In this document: in pieces, positions 1 to 5,971 of the stretch
How positions within the stretch are numbered: the first letter of the stretch is position 1
Layout: each line of letters opens with the position of its first letter
NCBI GenBank assembly: GCA_963704755.1
Contig: OY969938.1
Location: forward strand, 2,430,001-2,462,000
Source: an uncultured Chloroflexia bacterium
GTDB taxonomy: Bacteria; Chloroflexota; Anaerolineae; Anaerolineales; Anaerolineaceae
Length of the DNA stretch: 32,000 bases
Reading direction: 5' to 3'
The notes under the pieces: model-generated
Database searches by the model: none
Told to the model about the DNA's origin: nothing
Seen by the model: only the letters and a program-made list of their open reading frames with translations
Program-made: the position numbers and the translations under genes

Positions 1-828
1 GCCTTCCGGCGCCCCGGCAGCCTCGCTTGAATCGGATATCATCATCCAATGGTCCAGGCTCTTTACCCGGAACATCAATTCGAGCATCGTGGGGACAATA
101 TGCAGCCCATCGCAAATGACCTCACACTGGACGTTCTCGTTGAGCAGGCAAGCGCCCAGGCCGCCCATATTGCGATGGTGAATCCCGCTCATAACGTTTC
201 CGGTATGGGTCGAAACCGAAATACCGTTGTCGAAGGCTCGCATAGCTTCCTGAAAGTTACAGTTGCTGTGTGCATAAGCCATAACGACCCCTTTGTCGCG
301 CAGGTAGTCCACCACTTTTTGGCTATCCGGAATTTCAGGCGCAATGGCCATCAGCTTGAGCAGGCTGTCCAAATCGGCGTAGATCTTTTCTACCAGTTCC
401 ATATCTACCTGGGGAGGTTCAACGTAAACGCCGCCTTCACCCACCCGGTTCAAAAAAGGCCCTTCCGAATGGATGCCCAAAATTTGAGCCCCATCGGGTT
501 GTTCGCGGGCTACTTTAGCGATGTATTTGCACATTTGAGGCGAGGCGGTCGGAAATACGCCGGTCACACCATTGGCAGCACAGCCCTTGAGGTAGCCCCG
601 GATTTCACCTTCCGGGTCGCTAACGTCCGATCCGATCACACCATACCCCCTGGTCCCATGATTGTGGGTATCGATGATTCCCGGAATTATTCTATACCCG
701 CTGTAATCGAAGGACGGCTCGATTTCCGCATTGGCACTATGAAAAGCAACAAATTGGCCGTTCTCGATTTCTAAATAGCCGTCGCGAACGCCTTGTTCGA
801 AATAGATCTGATCGGATTTGATGTACAT
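1..828 (-). CDS. nagA: N-acetylglucosamine-6-phosphate deacetylase (amidohydrolase superfamily), N-terminal 276 codons; 3' end lies beyond the window
   Basis: Absent from the ORF track because it is open at the window edge. Manual minus-strand translation from the ATG at 826-828 gives MYIKSDQIYFEQGVRDGYLEIENGQFVAFH..RIIPGIIDTHNHG..LGIHSEGPFL..AYAHSNCNF..VICDGLHIVP. These include the HxH metal site and the EGPF and DG-H motifs typical of NagA. The listed + ORF 49-774 is its antisense shadow. Confidence 0.8.
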   Translation of the reverse strand, partial: MYIKSDQIYFEQGVRDGYLEIENGQFVAFHSANAEIEPSFDYSGYRIIPGIIDTHNHGTRGYGVIGSDVSDPEGEIRGYLKGCAANGVTGVFPTASPQMCKYIAKVAREQPDGAQILGIHSEGPFLNRVGEGGVYVEPPQVDMELVEKIYADLDSLLKLMAIAPEIPDSQKVVDYLRDKGVVMAYAHSNCNFQEAMRAFDNGISVSTHTGNVMSGIHHRNMGGLGACLLNENVQCEVICDGLHIVPTMLELMFRVKSLDHWMMISDSSEAAGAPEG

Positions 829-833
829 GGAAA

Positions 834-1637
834 TTACTCCGTGCGAAGGTCGTCGTAGGTGATGAGCGAGATTTTGTGAGAATCCAGGTAATCGATCAGT
901 GCCGGCGAGCAAGCCATATAAAGATCTTTTTCGCGGATAAGGGTGTAAGAGGAAACCTGGAAGATCTCCTCATCCACAAAGCCGGCATGGCAAATCAAAA
1001 AAGAATATTCGTTTTCGAGAACTTCCGGGATAACTTCGAGGACGTGTTTCTCGACGTCCGTTTTTAATTGCAGCTCCACCGGAAATGGTTTGGGGTTCCA
1101 GGTATTGGTCAGGGGGTGGATGTTAAATTTTTCCCACATTTCAAAGGACGTCGGTACGCCGTACTTCACCGAGATGGCCTTCATCGCCTTAGCGATGTTG
1201 GGGGTGACGAAGGAATGCGGGTGAATGTACTTGGGCTTCTCGCCAACCAGGTCGAGGAACTTCAGGTACTGGTTTTCCACCTCGATCAGTGTCTGTTCCC
1301 AGGGGTACGGATCGTTGTCCATCTCGCTGATAATCGACATGGACGGTTTCTCGCCGGACTTGGCCCGCATTTCGGACGAGGTGTAGAACTCGCCGGTCGG
1401 TTTCACCAGGTCGGGAATTTGATCTGCCGCTGAAACCGGTTTTCCGGCCACCAGGTTGATATCGATGCCCAGGCAGCATTGAGGATATGGCTTGATCTGT
1501 TTGGCCGCAAAGGCAGAACTGGGCATATTTACAAACAAACCGGTATTGCGAATTAACCCTTCACGGATTCCTTTGAGAATCCCACAAGTTACTCCTTCGG
1601 TAATGCCGTAATCGTCCGATTCAAATAGCAATTTCAT
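834..1637 (-). CDS. YdjC/ChbG-family carbohydrate (chitooligosaccharide-type) deacetylase
   Basis: 267-aa ORF. The N-terminus MKLLFESDDYGITEGVTCGILKGIREGLIRNTGLFVNMP matches the YdjC-family signature (ADDFG-like DD pair, then G-x-v-t-s-t-s-l-M-v-N). It stops 5 nt before the nagA start, so the two are probably co-transcribed. Confidence 0.7.
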   Translation of the reverse strand: MKLLFESDDYGITEGVTCGILKGIREGLIRNTGLFVNMPSSAFAAKQIKPYPQCCLGIDINLVAGKPVSAADQIPDLVKPTGEFYTSSEMRAKSGEKPSMSIISEMDNDPYPWEQTLIEVENQYLKFLDLVGEKPKYIHPHSFVTPNIAKAMKAISVKYGVPTSFEMWEKFNIHPLTNTWNPKPFPVELQLKTDVEKHVLEVIPEVLENEYSFLICHAGFVDEEIFQVSSYTLIREKDLYMACSPALIDYLDSHKISLITYDDLRTE

Positions 1638-1639
1638 GG

Positions 1640-2563
1640 TTATCCTTTCAAAAACATCAACAGTCCGTCACGAATTTTTTCTAATCTCGGCATATCCACT
1701 TGAAAATCTTTTTTCGAGCGCGTGTTGCGTACCAAAAACCAATCTTTTTCAATGGTTCCCGTACAAATGTGAATCATCTTCGGGAAAAATTGGAGGTTTG
1801 TGTCCTTCCCGCGATCCTCACCAATTACTTTTTCAAGAATTTCCATGCGCGGAAGAGATGCAATGAGCTTTTTCGCTTCCAGGTCCGAATCTTTCTTGTG
1901 GATGCAGGCCATTTTTTCGCCAAAGGCCAGGCAATCGAGGTAAACCAAGATCTTATTCTGCAGGCTTTCATCCTTAGTCAGCATTTTTAAACCTGAAGAA
2001 TTGATCGTGTTTTTATCCAGCAGAATAAAACAAGTATCTTTAATATTTAGTCGCTCTTGAGCCAGGGATGCAATCAAGGCGACACTTGCGGAATTTTTAT
2101 TAAAATTGACCGGATTTGGGATTCCACCGATGACCATGGTGCTGAAAAACAACAACAGGGCCAATAAAATGGTCCCGATCGTGTTTATCGAGGGATTGAA
2201 TACCGAAAAATGGTTCAAGAAAAAGAATAATAGGCCACCGACCGCTGCATAGATAAAAAAGCTCAGGAGCAAATTAACATTTTCCTGGCGGAAGTTACGC
2301 CCCAGGTTGAACGGATAGTATTTAAAAGGGATGATGGATTTGGTAGGCGTATCATAGGGACAAAGAACGATCTTTTTGGCTTTCTTCATATCGCCAATAA
2401 TTACATTAGAGGCCTGATTAACCTTGCTCGCAGCTTCTTGAATCTCAACGGCAAATCCCAATTTTTGGAAATAGGGGACAGCCTGGGAATAGAAAATACT
2501 TTTTTGTTTTTTAGTGCAACGTTTTGCCAGCGTAACGCCAAAAAGCAGTAATAAGTCTTTCAT
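1640..2563 (-). CDS. Hypothetical membrane protein with two or three central hydrophobic helices and a possible degenerate M28-peptidase-like fold
   Basis: The ORF track gives 1640-2602. I prefer the internal ATG at 2561-2563 (MKDLLLLFGV..), because the 2602 start lies in the loop of a perfect hairpin. The hydrophobic core reads NLLLSFFIYAAVGGLLFFFL and GTILLALLLFFSTMVIGG. VLCPYDT and NKNSASVALIASLAQ weakly recall the M28 HxD and DNASG motifs, but the metal ligands are replaced. Confidence 0.55.
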   Translation of the reverse strand: MKDLLLLFGVTLAKRCTKKQKSIFYSQAVPYFQKLGFAVEIQEAASKVNQASNVIIGDMKKAKKIVLCPYDTPTKSIIPFKYYPFNLGRNFRQENVNLLLSFFIYAAVGGLLFFFLNHFSVFNPSINTIGTILLALLLFFSTMVIGGIPNPVNFNKNSASVALIASLAQERLNIKDTCFILLDKNTINSSGLKMLTKDESLQNKILVYLDCLAFGEKMACIHKKDSDLEAKKLIASLPRMEILEKVIGEDRGKDTNLQFFPKMIHICTGTIEKDWFLVRNTRSKKDFQVDMPRLEKIRDGLLMFLKG

Positions 2564-2577
2564 GGTTGGCCTTTTCA

Positions 2578-2616
2578 GGAAAAGGTTATGGACGAAGTAC
2601 ATCCATAACCTTTTCC
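2578..2616. repeat. Perfect inverted repeat (15-bp stem, 9-nt loop) between the PTS IID gene and the downstream membrane-protein gene
   Basis: ggaaaaggttatgga (2578-2592) pairs perfectly with tccataaccttttcc (2602-2616); the loop is cgaagtaca. On the transcribed (minus) strand the only U residues are those inside the stem end, so it is not a canonical terminator. Confidence 0.6.
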
Positions 2617-2628
2617 ACGAAAATATTT

Positions 2629-3447
2629 TTAGAAGATGCCGATCAAGGCGCCCAACAAGCCCAGAACCAGAATTCCAAATACCAGATAAAGAGGGCGCCA
2701 GCCCTTTTTAATCATGGCCACCAGTCCAAAGACAAGTGCGATGCTCAATAATCCGGGGAAGATATTGTTGAGGACGTCTTGAATAACCACCTGGGCTCCG
2801 CTGATCGAAATCGTCCAGTTCAGGGGCACATTGACCATCTGGGCCACCATTGCTCCAACCATCAACAACCCCAAAATTGATGTGGCTCTGGTCAGCGCTT
2901 TCATCATGCCCGAGCTAAAGACCTGGTCGATAGCAGACGTACCGGCCGTATAGCCCCAATTCAAGAGGAAATACTTGGCAATGGATTGGGTTACGCCATA
3001 CAGAAGGATGAACAGCAGTGTTCCCAGGAAATTCCCCTGGGAGTTGAACCCGATAGCAATACCAGCGGCAATAATGCGCAAACCATTAAAGAATAAAGAG
3101 TTGAACATACCCGCGGTCGGGCCCATTAAACCGACTTTGATGCTGTTAATGGTCGCGCCATCAATTGCGCCGGTCTCTTTTTTCTCTTTTTCCAAAGCAT
3201 AGGAAAGGCCGGCGATGAAAGAGAAAGGAACCGCATTGGTGTTGAAAAAGTTCTGATGGCGCAGGTAGGCTTCCTTCTTGCCCTCGGGATCATCTTTATA
3301 GATTGATTCGATCGCAGGCTGCATGGTATGAGTGAAACCATTGGCTTGCATTTTCACCATATTGAAGGCGATGAAAGCCAGGTGCGAGCGCCAGAACATC
3401 GAGCGTAGAATTTTCTTATCGTCCAGGGTTACCGCTGTTGTGCTCAT
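2629..3447 (-). CDS. PTS mannose/fructose/sorbose-family EIID component
   Basis: 272 aa. LRSMFWRSHLAFIAFNMVKMQANGFTHTMQPAIESIY..RHQNFFNTN is a typical EIID N-terminal region. The C-terminus is membrane-embedded. The ATG overlaps the IIC stop (ATGA at 3444-3447). Confidence 0.85.
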   Translation of the reverse strand: MSTTAVTLDDKKILRSMFWRSHLAFIAFNMVKMQANGFTHTMQPAIESIYKDDPEGKKEAYLRHQNFFNTNAVPFSFIAGLSYALEKEKKETGAIDGATINSIKVGLMGPTAGMFNSLFFNGLRIIAAGIAIGFNSQGNFLGTLLFILLYGVTQSIAKYFLLNWGYTAGTSAIDQVFSSGMMKALTRATSILGLLMVGAMVAQMVNVPLNWTISISGAQVVIQDVLNNIFPGLLSIALVFGLVAMIKKGWRPLYLVFGILVLGLLGALIGIF

Positions 3448-4271
3448 TTAAAGAATCCCTCCGCTTCATTAGATTCGGTCGCTGCCCTAGGTTTCCGCAA
3501 CAGCTCGTTCCGGAGATCGATTTGGCCCTTGTCGATCAGGAAGATGGTGATTGCAATGACGATACCGATTACGGCAATGGGCACAACCGGCAGATTTGCA
3601 TATTTAACCAGCACAAACCCGAGGAAGAAGAAAGCCCCAACCTCTCTCGACCAGATCATCGAGGTCAGGATCGCGAACCCAACCGCCAGCATCATGGAAG
3701 AGGATGCCCCAAGGCCGGTCATAACCCAGGCCGGCAGCGTCGCCAGGAAGTCGTTCAGGCCGGAAACACCGAAGGCAACCGCCAGGAAAATGACCGCCGC
3801 ATTGACCAGGGTCATCACGATCGAAAAGATGATCGCCTGGATTGCGAGTTCGTTGTTCTTCCCCCTGACGGACACCCGTTCCCAATAGGGAGCCAATGGG
3901 TTGGAGAGCACACTCATGACAATAGCGCCGATACTTGCCAATACCGTTCCGATTGGCAATGCGAGTGCCAGGCCGGCTTCGGTCGTCGCGCCTGTGATGA
4001 CTGCATACGCAACTGCTAAAAGACTGGCCGATGTGGCGTCAGCCGGTATAGAGCCTCCAATTGCGGATATTCCCATGAAGATGGATTCCAGGCCAGCCCC
4101 CATAATAATGCCTGTCCGGAAATCACCGAGGACGAGCCCGGCAAGTGGAGCAATAACAATGGGCCTATTTAAGCATTGCCAACCAATGATGTAGGGGTCA
4201 ATGGTTTGGATAATCAAATAGACAAGGCTAATCTTCAATGCCGCTGCTACTGCCATTTTTACTCCTTTCAA
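3444..4271 (-). CDS. PTS mannose-family EIIC component
   Basis: 275-aa polytopic hydrophobic protein placed between mannose-family IIB and IID, the canonical gene order. It shows translational coupling with IID. Confidence 0.8.
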   Translation of the reverse strand: MKGVKMAVAAALKISLVYLIIQTIDPYIIGWQCLNRPIVIAPLAGLVLGDFRTGIIMGAGLESIFMGISAIGGSIPADATSASLLAVAYAVITGATTEAGLALALPIGTVLASIGAIVMSVLSNPLAPYWERVSVRGKNNELAIQAIIFSIVMTLVNAAVIFLAVAFGVSGLNDFLATLPAWVMTGLGASSSMMLAVGFAILTSMIWSREVGAFFFLGFVLVKYANLPVVPIAVIGIVIAITIFLIDKGQIDLRNELLRKPRAATESNEAEGFFK

Positions 4272-4286
4272 TCCTTATAATGAGAA

Positions 4287-4778
4287 TTATTTGATAATGT
4301 TCTTGATGGGTTCGGGTGTTTCTTCCGGCGTTGTTTGATAAATACAATCAACACCTGTATTTACGATTTCTTTGAGTATTTCCACCTCCTTGTCATATAG
4401 ATAAAGATTATTACGATATGCTTTCCGAAATTCAGAGCCTTCTTTTTGTGCGACCCTGCCATAATTCCCGATATTGACTTTTTGAATCCCTTTGACGGAA
4501 TTCAATAGTTGAAGAACCTCTTGAGGGGTACCGACCAGCACCAGGATGCTCATTCCCTCTGCCCGCGGGTCATTCAATAACTTAAGGCCATTCTCCATTC
4601 CCATGATGGCCACCTTGATATTCTGAGGAGCTGCCATCAAAAGAGATTTTTTAATAATTTCGTTATGAGCTGCACCTTCATTAATCACGACAATGCTGTC
4701 TACACTCAAATGTCGAGACCATTTAATAGCAATTTGCCCATGGATCAATCGTTCATCGAGACGGAGTAGTTTAATCAT
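4287..4778 (-). CDS. PTS mannose/sorbose-family EIIB component
   Basis: MIKLLRLDERLIHGQIAIKWS carries the RxDxRLIHGQV-type phospho-His motif. I place the start at the ATG at 4776-4778, which has a GAGG about 8 nt upstream and overlaps the IIA stop by 8 nt. The track's 4832 start would add 18 non-conserved residues. Confidence 0.85.
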   Translation of the reverse strand: MIKLLRLDERLIHGQIAIKWSRHLSVDSIVVINEGAAHNEIIKKSLLMAAPQNIKVAIMGMENGLKLLNDPRAEGMSILVLVGTPQEVLQLLNSVKGIQKVNIGNYGRVAQKEGSEFRKAYRNNLYLYDKEVEILKEIVNTGVDCIYQTTPEETPEPIKNIIK

Positions 4779-5196
4779 TGGATACCTCAAAGAAATCGTC
4801 TTCCCTGGTTGGCGTTGTAGTGGGTTCAACAAGCCTTAAAGCTTCTTTGTTCTGCAGCACAATATTCGATAATCGGTTGGCGTCAATCGATTCGGTAAGG
4901 AGTGCCAGGTCTATGATTAAAGCCAGGTTCATCCCTGCAACGAGGTAAGTGTCTGGCCTGGATAAAAACAGGTACATGATTTGATTGACACTTCCCCCGT
5001 ATAAATCGGATACCATGATCACCTGATCGGACTCGGGGATGGATTGGAAGTATTTCTCGAGTTCGTCTTTCAGGTTGCGCTCATCGAGATAAGCATCGAA
5101 AACCGTCACATTATCCGATTTGCCAAGCAGAATATCGAGAGAACTTTTCATGCCGCTGGCAATTGAACCGTGGGAAGCTATGAATATCCTCAGCAC
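4771..5196 (-). CDS. PTS mannose-family EIIA component
   Basis: The N-terminus MLRIFIASHGSIASGMKSSL has the mannose-family EIIA His motif (x-x-H-G-x-x-A). GTG start is preceded by AGGAGG plus a 4-nt spacer. Confidence 0.8.
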   Translation of the reverse strand: MLRIFIASHGSIASGMKSSLDILLGKSDNVTVFDAYLDERNLKDELEKYFQSIPESDQVIMVSDLYGGSVNQIMYLFLSRPDTYLVAGMNLALIIDLALLTESIDANRLSNIVLQNKEALRLVEPTTTPTREDDFFEVSND

Positions 5197-5320
5197 TTTA
5201 CCTCCTAAAAATTGAGAGAGATCGTGAGCACCTTCTCGTTTTGCGTTGAATAGGTTTGCCGCAAAAAAAGAGGTGAATTTAATCGGATGGGGCGTTTTGA
5301 GATATGTCGATCGGGACGGG

Positions 5321-5623
5321 TCAAATCTTTGGTGGAAAAACAGAATTGACCTGTTTAAAAATGTTGATTACATTTCCGGTGGCGTAATCGTTAGGCTGAA
5401 TCAGCAAAACAGGCTTTGCGGATTGTTCCTCGATTTTGCGATGTTTATATGAAATTTGCGGCCCAAGCAGGATAATGTCGATCTGGTCGTAATATTCTTC
5501 ATATTCACCGATACCTTTCGCGATGATTTCGACCTCCAGCCCCTTTTCCCGGGCGTATTTCTCCATCTCTTTCATTAATACGCTCGTCGAAACGCCACCA
5601 GCACATACAAGTAAAATTTTCAA
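5321..5623 (-). CDS. PTS lactose/cellobiose-family EIIB component
   Basis: 100 aa. MKILLVCAGGVSTSVLMKEM contains the active-site Cys in the LxCxxGxSTS context of ChbB/CelA-type IIB proteins. Confidence 0.85.
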   Translation of the reverse strand: MKILLVCAGGVSTSVLMKEMEKYAREKGLEVEIIAKGIGEYEEYYDQIDIILLGPQISYKHRKIEEQSAKPVLLIQPNDYATGNVINIFKQVNSVFPPKI

Positions 5624-5629
5624 TTCGGA

Positions 5630-5953
5630 TCACTTCCTTTCGACATATTCGCGAAGTTCAATGATTTCGGAAATCAGATCCCGGGCCAATTCAGCACACA
5701 TCAAATGATCTTGCGCATGAGAAATTAGAAAATCGCTATGCTCAAGCTCGCCTTTTGAATACATCGTCAGAAGTTCGGTATGAGTGGTGTGGGCCTTGCG
5801 GGAATAACTTTCCGAACTTGCCATCAACTCCTTTGCTCTTGCGAAGTTTCCATCCTTTGCTGAAGCCAGAGCGTCGAATGCAGCCCCGCGGGCAGCGCCT
5901 GCATTGGCGATTATTTCCATCGCAATGTCTACAAATCGTTGGTCCAACACCAT
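5630..5953 (-). CDS. PTS lactose/cellobiose-family EIIA component
   Basis: 107-aa all-helical protein. ..ESYSRKAHTTHTELL..DHLMCAEL.. resembles ChbA/CelC-type IIA with the conserved His region. It sits 6 nt upstream of the IIB gene. Confidence 0.75.
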   Translation of the reverse strand: MVLDQRFVDIAMEIIANAGAARGAAFDALASAKDGNFARAKELMASSESYSRKAHTTHTELLTMYSKGELEHSDFLISHAQDHLMCAELARDLISEIIELREYVERK

Positions 5954-5971
5954 AGTCTCTAAATTCTCCTT

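Noticed and set aside
49-774. 241-aa + strand ORF at the window start
   Set aside because: It lies exactly antisense to the well-supported nagA reading frame (minus strand, 1-828) and has no recognisable motifs, so it is a shadow ORF.
3438-4194. + strand ORFs of 97-193 aa opposite the PTS IIC gene
   Set aside because: They are antisense to a canonical polytopic IIC ORF. Their products are charged, low-complexity and implausible.
5226-5261. Possible sigma-54 -24/-12 elements in the gap before the mannose-family genes: GAGCAC..TTTTGC on the + strand, and cGGCAA-N6-TTCA on the minus strand
   Set aside because: The first is on the wrong strand and its spacing is about 3 nt too long. The second lacks the invariant GC of the -12 element. 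Neither meets TGGCAC-N5-TTGC.
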